Origin: Thecamonas trahens ATCC 50062
Taxonomy: Eukaryota > Protista > Apusomonadida
Assembly (NCBI RefSeq): GCF_000142905.1
Contig: NW_013657630.1
Coordinates: 1-64,000, forward strand
Reading direction: 5' to 3'
Length of the DNA: 64,000 bases
Shown here piece by piece: positions 12,430 through 24,768 of this stretch; position 1 is the first letter of the stretch, and every line of letters starts with the position of its first letter. The position numbers and the translations under genes are program-made. The notes below the pieces were generated by a model. The model searched no databases. It worked only from the letters and a program-made list of their open reading frames with translations, and was not told where the DNA came from.

Positions 12430-12996
12430 ATGAAGTTCGAGGAGCTCGACCAACTCAGCAAGTACGAGCTTGTGGGCTCTGTCAACCGCAACATTCTCCA
12501 CGAGCTCGCCCAGCTGAAGCTGACCATTGCCGAGCTGGAGGAGACCTGTATTGCCCGCTTCGGCTTTGACGGCCAGTACCACCCAGACTCTGCCTACGGC
12601 GTCGACGAGGCCGCACGCTTTGCGCCCGACCGCGAGCACGATGCTCGCCGACCGATGTATGATGACCACCGCAACGACCACCATGCCACCCGCCATCATC
12701 ATCACCATCAGCATCATCATCAATCTCGCCGCCGCCATCACTCGGGCTACGCCCACCCGCCGGCGCCCCACGCATCACGCTCTGCTGCCCACGCCGCCTA
12801 CCCGTCGGCCCCGCACCACGCTCATCACGGCTATCCGTCAGCCCACCCGTACCCAAACTCGTACCCGCATCCGTACCCGTACGATGCGGAGAGCCCCGGC
12901 TCGTGGTCTTCCAAGGGCAAGGGCAAGGGCAAGGGCAAGGACAAGTCAAAGTCCAAAAAGTCCAAGGACAAGTCCAAGAAGAAGTCGCGCTCGTAA
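12430..12996 (+). CDS. Small protein: N-terminal coiled coil, His/Tyr/Pro-rich region, Lys/Ser-rich tail
   Basis: ATG after a C-rich leader; GC3-biased MKFEELDQLSKYELVGSVNRNILHELAQLKLTIAELEE...KSKKKSRS. Confidence 0.75.
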   Translation: MKFEELDQLSKYELVGSVNRNILHELAQLKLTIAELEETCIARFGFDGQYHPDSAYGVDEAARFAPDREHDARRPMYDDHRNDHHATRHHHHHQHHHQSRRRHHSGYAHPPAPHASRSAAHAAYPSAPHHAHHGYPSAHPYPNSYPHPYPYDAESPGSWSSKGKGKGKGKDKSKSKKSKDKSKKKSRS

Positions 12997-13051
12997 ATAC
13001 CTCCCATCATCTCCCTCCCTCCCCCCCCTCCCATCGCCACTGCTTGTGTCT

Positions 13052-16000
13052 TCACTTGCCTGCCGCAGCCTTGGCCTTCTCGCGCCGCCGCTTGGCCCGC
13101 GCCCGCGCCAGCTTCTCCTTGCGCCGCCGCGCCTTCTCGAGCTCGGCCTGCGCCTGCAGAATCGCGAGCTGCGACTCCATCTCCTCGCGCTTGGCCATGA
13201 CCTCGCCGTCGGCGAGCTCAATGTCCGAGTCCGAGCCGTCGTCGCCAGCGGCGCTCCTGCGGTTGGCGTCGGCAATCTCGACAAGCGACTTGGCCGCAGA
13301 CTTGACGTCCTTGCCCGCCGACTTCATCGCCGCCTGCGGCTTCGAGTCACCGGCCTTGACCTGCCCGGCCGTCGTGAGGTGGACCGTCGACGTCACCACG
13401 CCCTTGCACGCCGCCTTGATCACAAGATGCGGGTCCTTGTGCTTGCCGGCAATGATCTCGCCGGCCACCTCGACCAGCTGCTTGCACTCGGCCTGCACAC
13501 GCTGCGCGCCCGAGATGAGGCCCTCTTCAAAGTCTGAGCCGACCATGTACGGCGAGCCGGCCTCCACACCCTCGGCCACCTTGGCGAGTACCTCCTTCTG
13601 CACCACTACAGACCGCTTCACCAGCGTCGCCGCCGCAGCCATGATCGTCTTGCACGCCTCCACCACGCTCTCCTCGAACGAGAGCGTGTCGCGGTCTGGC
13701 CCGCGCTTCGGCCGCAGCTTGTTAAGCTTCTTCGCAGTAGCGTCGATCGCACTCGCAGACTCCTTCAGTGCCGCCGATGTCTCGTCCATCTCGCCGTCGC
13801 CGGCCAGGAACGACGCCGCCGTCGAGATCTCCGCAATGCCTTCCGCCACCTTGGAGCTTGCCGACCGGAGCTTCTTCTGTGCCGCGCGGTTCTTCTTGAG
13901 GTCAGACCCGGCGGCCTTGAGCACACTCAGCATCGTCACCACGTGCCCGATCCCGCCCTTGACCGCATCGTAGAACGCCGCCCGCGCCTCGGGTGTCGCC
14001 GCCACCGCCCCATCCTTGCACTTCATCACAAAGCCCACCAGGTTGCGCGCAAGCTCCGTCGCAACATCGCCCATCTTGTCCTTCGACTTTTTCGCCGCCA
14101 CAAGGACCTTGGTCGACGCTTTGGAAATGCCCGACGCCTCGTCCGCAATCTCGTCCGGGCTCACAGACGGCTTGGCCCCGTCCGGCACAGCCTCGGACGC
14201 GTCGAGCGAGCCGAGCGCCTGCTCGATGACGGAAATCGCAGACTTGAGCGCCTTGCGCCCAGACGTCGCCATCTCCTCCACGCCCTCGTTGGTCTTGAGC
14301 AGGATCTTGACGCCCTTGAGCGCAGCCTTGGCCTCGTCATTCACCCGCTCGCCGAGCTCGTTGTCGTCCGGCGCACCCGCAAGCTCCACCGCGTCACCTG
14401 TCAGCGCAGAGAGCGCCTCCACCAGGTTGCGCGCAGCGTCCAGGAGCGCCTGCTGCGCCCCAAGGTCCGGCAGCGTCGGCAGCGCGAGCTCAAGCCGCTC
14501 AAACAGCCCGCCCACAGCGCTCGCAAGCTTCTTGGCCGCCGCACCCGTTCCGTCCGCATTGCCCTCACCTGCCTCCTTCTTCACCTTGGTCAGAGCCTTG
14601 CCGATCTTGGCCGCATCCGTCTCGATCGCGCCCTGGAAGTCCGAGTAGTTGGCGCTGTCCGAGTTCTTCAACTGCCCGCTCGTCGCCATAAACGTGAGCG
14701 TGTCGAGGTCGCCGAGTGCGTCCTCGATCGCAATCGCCGCCTCCTCCGCCTCGCGGTCCGCAGACGCCTCGGCCTTGGCCGTCGCCAGTAGCGCGCTCAC
14801 GCCCTTGGCGACCTTGCTCGCGCACGTCTTGGAGAGCGCCGCCCCGGCGTTGGCGTCCGCGCTACCTTCCGCAATCGCCGCCGCAGACCGCAGTGCGTCC
14901 GCCACCAGCGCCGCGAGCCCAGCTCCGGACTCGAGCAGCTTTTGGCTCTTGGAGCTCATCGGCGCCGCAGCCGCCACAGCCGCAAGGAGCTCCGGGAAGA
15001 GCGCCGCAACCTGCGTCCCGATCGACGTCAGCTTCTTGCCCTGGCCCTTCTTCGCTGCCTTGCCGAGGTGAAGCACGCCCGACGCAACCTTCTTCCCGCT
15101 GCTCTTGATCGCCCGCTGGTAGTCGCCGTACGCCATCGACTTGTCGCGTGCTGGCGCTGCTCCGCCTTCGAGCTGGATGCCCACGCTCCGCGCCGCCGCC
15201 GTCTCCACAAGCTCCGCCGCCGCAGACAGGTTGTCGTTCGCCGATCCGGCGCTCGACGCCTCGCCCACCGCGCCCTTGAGCGCCACGCCGGCCTCCTCCA
15301 CCGCCGCCACCGCTGCCTTGAGCGTCTTGGCATTCGCCTCCCCGCTCCCCTTGCTCGCCTCGGCCACAAGCGGCACCAGCTCCTGCGCGAGCGCTGCCGC
15401 CGCGCTCAGCATCGAAGCTTGCACCTCCGAGTCGTCAGTCTTGGCCGCCGCCGCCTTGGCCACAGGCGCAAGCTCCTCCACCAGCGCCGCCAGAGCCTCG
15501 GCCCGCTGCCCAACATCTTCGCCGCTGGCGCCGTCGGCCACCGCCGCGCGCAGCTGTCCGGCCTTGAGCTCCAGCTCGTTGGCAAGCTCCACAACCCGTG
15601 ACGAGGCCTTGGCCAGCGAGAGCTTCGACGACGTCTCCAGCTCACCGATCGACGCCGCCATCGTCGTCTCCTCGAGATCCTCCGCCACCGCGCCCATCCG
15701 CGCCATCGCGTCCTGGCTCTCGCGCGCCCCAGGGCTCGCGTTCCGCGCCGCAGCCTCGAGCTTCTCCGACGCAGACGCCACAGACTTGGCCGCAGACGCC
15801 ACCAGCGACTTGGACGCCGCACCCGCAGACGACGAGCCCTTGGCAAGTACCTTGGCCGCAGAAACCTCCTGCGTCGCTGCCTCAGCCACCGCCGTCGCAG
15901 CCGCAACCATCTCGCTGGCGCTGGCACTCGCGCTCGCACTCGCACTTCCGCCTCCGCTTGCACTTCCGCCTCCACTCGCGCCTGCAGGCGCGAGTGAGGC

Positions 16001-19000
16001 CTCAAGCGCCTGTGCCGCCTGTGCAAACTCGCGCTCGGCTGCCCGGATCGCCTTGGTCGCCTTCACCAGCGCCGCTGCGTCCTCGGCAGATGCCACGCCT
16101 CCGGCCGCCGCCTCGGCGAGCGCCTTGTTGGCCGCCTTGAGCTTGTCGAGCGACCCAAGCACCGCCTTGGCGCTCTTGAGGCTTCCTTTGTCCAGCGCCT
16201 TGCCGTGGCTCGTCACAAGCTCCTTGGCCGCCTTCCGCGCCGCCTTCTCCAGCCCGACCGAGACTTTGGCAACCGCAGCTGCAGCCTTGATCATCGCTTT
16301 TGGCTTCTTCAGCTTCATCATCGCCTTGGTCCCAGTCTCGATGCCCTCGCACTTGGCCGCGTACGGCTTGAACGGGAACACCGGTCCATCGGCTGGCACG
16401 GCGGCGCTCCCGCTCCCGCTCCCGCTCCCGCTCGTCACTGCGCTCGCTGCGCTCGATGTCGCCGCCGCGAGGCTCACCACGCTCTCACCCACAGCCTGGG
16501 CCTGGGCCGTCAGCTCGTCGCCGTCCTTACCGGCCTTGGCAGCCTTGGCCAGCGCCGCCGCCGCCGCCCGCGCTGCTTCGGCCTGCGCGCTCAGCGTCGC
16601 CAGCGCTTCTGCGAGCGAGCTCGCACCCGAGCTGCTGCTTGCGCCCTCGGCATCAGACAAGTGCTCAGTGACAGCCGCCATAATGGCCGCCACCACCGCG
16701 TCAAACTCAGACTCGGTCTCGGACGACGACGACTCGACAGTGGCAACAAGGTGTGCCACCGCTGTCGCCGCTGCCTCGTTGGCCGACGCAAGCTTGGCTG
16801 GCGCTTCGGTGTCATCGGCGTCGCCGGCAGCTGCCCGCGCCGTCGCCATAAGCGCCTGCGCCGCGCTAGCCACCTCGGCCGTCGCGCCCACAAGCGCCGC
16901 CTGCGACGACGGCAGCGAGAGTCCTGCCGCAGCAGTCTCCACCGCATCCTGCAGCATACCGTACGCACCCTCTACCTTTTCGGCTGCACCCGCAAGCTCA
17001 TCGGCCGCGTCCGACAGCGTCGCCGACGGCAGTTTGGCCAGCGCCGCAGCAAGCGCCCGTGCCGCTCCCAGAACCGAGTCCGAGAGCCCGTCGAGTGACG
17101 GCGGCGCCGGCGGCAGGTTGGCGAGATCCAACTGCGCCGCACGCGCCGCAATGACCCGCTCAGTCCGTAGGCAGTCGCCCACGCCAGGAAGCGCTTCAGT
17201 CAGCGTGTCGACATCGGCCTTCAGCTGCGCGTTGGCCGCCTTGAGCGCCGCCGCCGCGCTCGGGTCCGAGCTCGCCTTTCGCACGCCGGCAAGCAGCAGC
17301 CCGAGACTCTTGAGCACCGCCGCCGTCGCGTCGAGATTGGCACCCTGCGCATCCGCTGCAGCCTCGCCCTGAGCCAGCGCCGCAAGGTTGACTGCCGCCC
17401 CGGCGAGCATCGACGCATTCGAGGCCGCATCCTTGGCCGCCGCGCCCACATCTTCCGGCGCGAGGTTCGCGTGTGCGTGCACAATGTTGTCACCAGTCTC
17501 GGCAAGCGCCTGCATCGCGTACTGCAGCTCGGACGACGCCGAGTCGACCGTGATGAACTCCGACTCGGGCGCAAGCTCCCCGCTCGCAGCCTTGCTCTTG
17601 GCGCCAACCACCTCGCTGCGCTCGGCCTTAATCTTGGCCAGCGCCGCGTCGACCTCGAGGTCCCAGCACGCCTCGCGCGCAGCCTTGTACGCCGCCACCA
17701 GCGCCGAATGCGCCTGTCCGGCGTGGCGCGCTGCGCCAGCCACCGCCTCCTCGTCCGTCGGGTCCTCAAACGCTGGCGCCGCGCCCTTGGCAGAGAGCAC
17801 CGCCCGCGATGTCGGTGGTGCGGCCTTCTTGGCCGCCGCCAGCAGGTCTTTCTGGTTCTCGAGGCTCGTCGGCTCGATCGAGAACTTGATCGCCGCCGCG
17901 TCGAGCGCTGCGTTGGGCGCCGCGGCCTTTTCGGCGTCGCGCCGCGCCCGGCCCTCGGCCGACGAGTTGGACGACTCGCCAGCGACATCGACTGCGTCGA
18001 CCATCGCCGCCGTCGCCGCTGCCGACGACTTGGCCGCCCGCGAGAGGTTGAAGAGCGTGCGCTTGCGAGCACGCGCCCCCGAGATCGCCGCAGCGTGCTC
18101 GGCGAGACCGTTGGCCGCAGCACGAAGCGCGTCGTTGGCCTCCTTGGACTCGGGTGACTTTTTGACCTCGCGCGCCGCCTGGTTGAGGCTTGCCAGCGCT
18201 GCCCGGAGTGCCTCGTTGTCGGCTACGAGCGGATCCTTAAAGCCGGCAAAAGTCTCGGCCTCAGCCTCGGCCTCGGCCAGGTCGGCGAGCGCCACGCCGG
18301 CCGTTGCCGCGGCCTTGGCACCTCCGAGTGCCTGCTTGGACGATGCAGCGTTGACGACAAGGACCACCGCAGCGTCAAGCTCGGACGCCGCCCGCACAAT
18401 GGCCTCGGTCCGGTCGATGTTGTCCGAGACGGTGTCGATCGAGCCGGCAAGGTCCTTGATGGCCAGCGCCACCGCCTCGGCCGCCGCCTTCAGGTTGCCG
18501 AGCCCGAGCTCGTCGAGCCCAGCCATGTCGGCTAGCGTGAGCAGCTGGTTGAGCGAGGTCTTGAGACCGAGCGCACGGTCCTTGAGCTTGCCCTGGTTCT
18601 GCGGGTCGAGCACTGTCGCGCCCGAAGCCGCAATCGCGCCGTGCATGGCGGCAGCGTCGGCGTCGAGCTTGACGCGCGCTGACACGAGCTTCTCCTTCTC
18701 AGCCGAGTCAACCTCGGCCGACGACTCGAGCGCGCTGTCAAACGGCGCCGCCAGCTCGTCAAGCGCGGTCCGGACCGCAGACGCCGCATCGAGAAGTGAG
18801 TCAAGTGAGAGTGGATTGGCGTCCGGCACGCCGCCGGCGCCGAGCAGGCCGTTGAACGCGACGCCCAGATCCTGGGCCGCTGAGAGCAGCGAGTCGAGGT
18901 CCAGGCCGCCTGCGCCCGGCGCGTCGTCGAGCGAGAGCGTCGCGAGGTTGAGCATCGACGAGAGCTGAGCCGAGACCTGGGCCGACGCCTCGAGCAGGCC

Positions 19001-21112
19001 GTCGTTGTCTTCGTTCGACGCCTCCATCAGCCGCGCCGCGTTGCGCACCGCGTCGTTGAGCTCGTCGTTGAGCTGGACCAGCCGCTGCGCCGATACCGTG
19101 AGGTCGGTCTTGGAGGCCGAGCCCGGCCCGGCGCCTGCAGCCAGCGCCGAGTCGAGCGCGAGGGCAGTCTCAGTCGAGAGGTCGCCGAGGATGTCGGCGA
19201 GCATGTCGCGCGCGTTCTGCAGGTTCGTCGCCTTGAGCTCGTCCGGCAGCGCGTCGAGATCCATCTCGCTGCCACCCGAGGTGTCGGCCGACATGGCCGA
19301 CGCGCCCACATTGGACGAGGAGAGGACCTGAGCGCAGCGGCGGAGCTCGGCGTCGAGGTCAGTCACCGTCGAAATGGAGAGCCTGCGCTGGTCGCTTGCG
19401 CCGTCGAGACCCGACATGCCCGGACGCGGGTGGCGCGACGCCCCGGCGCGGCGACCGACGACGACGTCATGGTCCGCCGCGGATTGGAGAGCCGCGCCAC
19501 GCCCGACGCCCGCGCCGGCGTGATCATCTCCTCCTCGATAGCGCGCTGCTCGTCTTCCTCGAGGTCGCGCGCGCGGTCGCGCCGCTGCGAGAGAATGATG
19601 TCGATGTAGCCGGCAATGAGCGCCGAAATGGCATCGCCCTCGTCCGTCAGCACCGTGTAGTACTCGTTCTTGTGGTCACCGTAGTCGAGCGTGATCGACG
19701 ACTTGGACGGCGCCCACCGGCGGAGCTGGGTGAGCGCAAACGGCTCCTCGCGCGGGATCTTGCTGATCGGGTCGAGCCGGAACAGGTGCGACTTGGAAAT
19801 GCCGAGGAGGACCGGCTCAAACTTCTTGGTCACCTTGCCCTTTTTGTCGAGCTTGGGCTCCTGCGCGTGGAAGACCGTGACGCCAAACGTCTCGAGCGAC
19901 CGCGCGAGCTGGATGAATCGGAACTTGGCGTCGTGGCCCGACATCCGCAGCAGCTTCTTGTGCTCGGCAAAGACAAGCCGGTCGATCCGCTTGACCTTGC
20001 GGAACTCCTTCGGCAGGTACGAGATGACCGACGTGGTCTTCTTGTTGTGCCGTGACGGGTCGTGGTCGCCAAGAATGATCTGGCACATGAGCGCGGCAAA
20101 CATAACCGCCTCGTCCTGCCGCACTACAAGCCGCCCGTTGACAATGTCATCGCGGAGCTGCTCGTACAGCAGGTTGAGTGTCTGCGGGTCCGACGTGTCC
20201 ACGTCGGCGTCAAAGAAGAAGAACTTCTTCTTGAGAAGCACCGCAGACGTGTCCGGCACGGCTTGCTCGTGGAGCGTTGCGTTGCCGCGAAGCCACTCGT
20301 CATCGCCGGCCGCCTTGGCCGCCTTCTCGCGCGCCTTGCGCGTCTCCTCGTCGGCCTCCTCGTCAAAGAGCTGCAGCGAGAACTCTTCGGGCTTGGAAAT
20401 GCCCTGCCGCGCGCAGATGGTCTCCACAATCTGCGACACAACGTGCGAGTCGTCGATCATGACCACCTTGCGCGAGCCGTCCATGAGGTACACCCGCAGC
20501 GGCCGGTTGCGCGACTTGTACACCACCTCGTCGAGGTTGTGAATGTCGTAGTACCGCAGCGTCTTGGTCGGGTCCAGCCAGTAGCACTTGGTCAGATCGT
20601 GGCCCGAGAGAAAGTACATGCCCTTGTCTGGCGAGTGCTCGAGGCCAAAGTTCGCCGCAATCGCCACGCAAGCGTCGTGCACGTACGTCGTCTGCAGCCG
20701 ACCAGCAAAGGCGACAGAAATCCAGACAACAAGTAGTAAGTACTCCTTACACATACCCACACCCACCACCACATACCCACCGTCTCCCACCCATACCCCT
20801 CCCCTCCGTCCTCCTCCTCCCGCATGTTCGCCCGCAATGAAAATTGGTCCAGAAACGGCTGCGGGCAAACTCGATTGCTGCCGCAAGTTCAACAACCTCC
20901 CCCCCCACCCCCGTCCCCCTCTGCTCCAACCCCCTCCTACGTACATTATCAAACTTCATAGACTTTGTCCGCGAGTTAATGGCCTTGGTCTTGGGGTCAG
21001 TAAACTCGACTGTGATCTTGATGGTCAGCGAGGCGCCCGACGTCGCCACAGGGTCGACCTCTTGGAACAGCGAAGCCTGGAGGTTGAGCCCAGCGCCGAA
21101 CGAGGTAGACAT
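13052..21112 (-). CDS. TLN: Talin (FERM head, helical rod, I/LWEQ C-terminus), ~2600 aa; exon 1 20945-21112, intron 20692-20944, -1 frameshift at ~19442
   Basis: The splice gives KSMKFDN|TTYVHDAC; FERM motifs WLDPTKTLRYY, LKKKFFFFDADVDTSDPQTLNLLYEQLRDDI and ISALIAGYIDIIL; Ala-rich rod; C-terminal EEGLISGAQRV and EMESQLAILQAQAELEKARR. Confidence 0.95.
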
Positions 21113-21387
21113 GGTCGTTGAGGAGGATTGGAGACGGGTGTACCAATCGCTAGTTGGCAGAGCCAGCTGGTGTGTTGGGGGGTGGGGAGGGCAAGATGGG
21201 GCGTGGGGCGTACGACGTGGGGCGAGGGCCTTGGTGAGGGGCGGGGCGCGAGGAGCGCACAGGGGGGGAAAGAGACAGGGCGAACCTGGCCCTTGGCCGG
21301 CTGTGCATGCACCGCAATGTGGCGGTGTCTGTTTTGGCTTGCGAATGGTTTTGTGGGTGGTGAGGGATGGGGGGGGGGGGGGGGGCC

Positions 21388-21643
21388 NNNNNNNNNNNNN
21401 NNNNNNNNNNNNNNNNNNNNNNNNNNNNNNNNNNNNNNNNNNNNNNNNNNNNNNNNNNNNNNNNNNNNNNNNNNNNNNNNNNNNNNNNNNNNNNNNNNNN
21501 NNNNNNNNNNNNNNNNNNNNNNNNNNNNNNNNNNNNNNNNNNNNNNNNNNNNNNNNNNNNNNNNNNNNNNNNNNNNNNNNNNNNNNNNNNNNNNNNNNNN
21601 NNNNNNNNNNNNNNNNNNNNNNNNNNNNNNNNNNNNNNNNNNN
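21388..21643. other. Assembly gap
   Basis: Run of N after a poly-G tract. Confidence 0.99.
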
Positions 21644-21761
21644 NCCAGCCAGTCACCCGCCCCACCCCCCTCCCCGACTCGACGACAGCTACCTCCCGTT
21701 CCTCGTCTACCTTCCCCTCGCCACTTCACCACACACAGGCTACACAGCAGCAACGTTGAGC

Positions 21762-22055
21762 ATGGACGACGGCGGAGCAGCAGCAGACCTTGCAGTCGAG
21801 CACAATGCACACGTGCGGCTGCAGAACGTGCTCGCTGGCTCCGAGGTAGCCCGCGGACCGCGGCGAGGCGGAGGTGGCGGCCGAGGGCTGCGAAGCAGCG
21901 GCTTCCTTGGCGGAGGAGGGCGCGATGGCGTACATGAGGGATGGACGGCACGGTTCTGGGCGTTCTTCACCCAGCGATCGTGTGTGGTGGCGCTGATTGC
22001 CGCCTCGTTTGTCGCCGTCTACTTTCTCCTTGCGCTCCGCAACCAGCCGGTGTGA
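21762..22055 (+). CDS. Small putative tail-anchored membrane protein
   Basis: 97 aa with C-terminal hydrophobic helix CVVALIAASFVAVYFLLAL; an upstream exon may lie in the gap. Confidence 0.5.
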   Translation: MDDGGAAADLAVEHNAHVRLQNVLAGSEVARGPRRGGGGGRGLRSSGFLGGGGRDGVHEGWTARFWAFFTQRSCVVALIAASFVAVYFLLALRNQPV

Positions 22056-22088
22056 CAACTCACATGGCCTGGCCTGCCCTGGCCGCCG

Positions 22089-22249
22089 CTACGCTCGGAT
22101 TGTGTTCACTGCGCCCGCATGCGAGCGCTGGGCGGTGTCGATGCAGTCGCCGACCCAGTCAGCGACGCACGACGAGCCGTGGATGCCGGCGACGGTGTAG
22201 CCGATCTTTCGGCAGCGGAAGTCATTCTGGCCCTGCCATCGCGAGACCG

Positions 22250-22283
<34 letters not shown>

Positions 22284-22976
22284 CGACTCGATCGACTCCG
22301 AGTCCGAGTCCGAGATCGAGTCCGAGGATAGCGCAGAGGCAGAGGCAGTCGAGGCGGCGTGTGTTGCGTCGCCGGAGAGTGTGCCGTCGGTAGGCGCGAG
22401 AGCGATGCGAGGCTCGTGCGGCTCGCCAGGCGCAACTACAACGACAGCAGGAACTGCCAGAGCATCAAGCGGCTTACTGGACGTCGGCGGGCCAACGGTG
22501 TTGGCAAAAAGTCGCCCAAAGAGCCGGCAGCGAGGCATGGTGCATGCTGGGCGCAGGCGCACAGCCGAGCCCGGCTCGGCTCGCGGCTGTGTTCCAAACA
22601 GTTTGGCAGCGTTCCGAGCCCAATCCGGGCAAGCCGGCGGCTCACGACACGAGTCGATATGGATGGACATAGGCGCAGCTATATCCTTGAGCACATCGGA
22701 GAGGTCGAGCTCGGGGATTGTGGGCCGAATGCTTAATGGCTTGGGCGAGGTGGCCGTGATGATAGCTCCGGGAAGGAGCGGACTCGTGGCCGGCGAATGA
22801 ATGGCGAGTGACAGTTCGGCAGAAGTGGCGGGAGAATGGAATGTGTCCACCACCCCGCTACTCATCGAGGGCATAGTGTTCTTAGAATTGGGGAAGGAGC
22901 TCTTCTGGCTCTCAAGGTACTCGTACTCTGGCTGCTTATCCACCTGTCGGGTCGTGTCCCGTGCGCTTAGCGGCAT
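22089..22976 (-). CDS. Hypothetical low-complexity protein
   Basis: 295-aa ORF, S/P/D-rich, no recognisable domain; start uncertain. Confidence 0.4.
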
Positions 22977-23423
22977 CGTAGACGTTGGTAATGAGGTTGG
23001 AAGTGCTGATGAATGCGGCTCGGCTCATGGAACAGAAAGTTGAGTGTGCCTCGCTCCGCTCTCTCCTACCGCCCAACGCCCATCGCTCCTTTTTTACCTC
23101 TCGCCGGTTGTTCTTTCACGAACCATACAGACACCACTCCACACCCCATACCTACCCATCCCCGCAACTCGACTCTCCATCGCCTTGCGATCCATGGCAT
23201 ACACACGACATCTCCGCGGATGATCGGCTCGCTCCATGCCAACAACCTTACCCCGCCCGACAACCTCGATAGCTGTGACCCCTCCTGGCCGGGCCGGTTG
23301 TTGCAGGCTGTGGTTTGCAGACCAGAGACCGGAGAGCGCTGTTGTCTTCATTATCGATCGGCGACGCCCACGGTCCCACCAATCCCATCCACATCCGAGT
23401 CATCCCATCTCGTTCACTCGTCC

Positions 23424-24295
23424 TCAGCGACGACGCTTGGACTTGGAAGAGTGCGACCGGCGAGTCTTGCGCGCAGCCTCGTCTTCGTACTGATGCAGAC
23501 GCCGCTGCAGGCGCTCGACCTGCAGCTTGAGCTTGACCACCTCCTTGATGATCGACTGCGACACCTCTATCCTCGTCCACCATCACACACACACACACGC
23601 CACACGCCACACACACATGAGTCGCCTCCTCTCGCCCAGTCCACATCTCCCCATCAACTCCCACCACACCATCGCCCCGCATCGCAGCTCACGCCGCGCA
23701 ACCACCGGTCATCCATGAATGCCATTAGCTGCAACGGTTGCGACCGTAACGACGGCTGCAACGGCTACGACGGCTACACCGGTTGCCATGACTGCCGTCG
23801 ACACGCCCGAGTGTCTCTCCCCCCCTCCCCCCCCCTCCCCCCTTCTTCTTCCCAAATCCTAATTTTCAACCGACAGACGTACCTCCGATCTCCTCGCGCG
23901 GGAGCGGCGGCGGCGGGCCGTATCCCGGCTGAGGAGGCGCTACCCAAGCCAATTGACAGCCACCCACAAGCCCACAAGGTAAGTACAGTACATGCTCCGC
24001 CTCTACATATCGCCAGAGCTGCTTCTATCTTCCTCATGCTCCCCAACTACCCAGCCATGCCCACGCACCGTCCCCACCCCCCCCCCCCCCCCCTCCGCCG
24101 CACTCGAATCGTACCGTAACCGCCAGCCGGCGCACCATAGCCATAGCTCGGGGCGTAGCCACGCGGCGGGTAGCCCGGCGGGCCGTAGCCCGGAGCGGGA
24201 GGTCCCGGAGCAGGGCCGCCATAGCCGCCACCATACCCACCGCCGTATCCGCCAGCGTCGTAGCCGTAGCGTCCACCGTAGCCGTAGTCACTCAT
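23424..24295 (-). CDS. Three-exon 126-aa protein: G/Y/P-rich prion-like N-terminus, coiled coil, basic tail; exons 24115-24295, 23883-23939, 23424-23566
   Basis: GTACGA and GTACGT donors, TAG acceptors, both introns phase 1. The spliced ORF reads MSDYGYGG...PPLPREEIGEVSQSIIKEVVKLKLQVERLQRR...SKSKRRR*. Confidence 0.8.
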
Positions 24296-24768
24296 GGTCG
24301 TCGCGAGTTAGGTGTCTCTCCTCGCCCTGCCCTCGCCGTTTGTCCGCCAGCACCTCACCATGCCGAGTGCTCATCCGACCCAACTTGCCGGCTCAACCGT
24401 CTCGGCCTCACGCTATGGGGCCGATCACAGAGAACACACGAGTGGTATAGCTATGGTGCAGTCCGATGAGGTGTCTCTCCTAACCGCCTCTCATACCACA
24501 GCCCATCATGGCCACACACCATCACGACCAACATCTACCCATGGAGACAGGAGCTGGCATGATGTCACCCAGAACAAAGCCAACAGCCCCAGTTACGCCC
24601 ACCATCCAACGTCCAAAGGTCGACCCTACGCAAGATCATCCGCCTGTAGCTTGTCGTCCATGCCTTCCGAGTCAGCAACCGAGTCAACAACCGAGTCGCC
24701 CTGCTTATGCACACGCTCAGCTCTCGGCACAGCTCTCGGCACACTGCTCTCTCTCTCTCTCTCCCATC

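Noticed and set aside
12903-20542. Long plus-strand ORFs opposite talin (and opposite INCENP and the receptor kinase)
   Set aside because: Antisense shadows caused by high GC3; no domains.
22936-22944. TTATCCACC as a DnaA box
   Set aside because: Single mismatched copy inside a probable CDS; expected by chance.
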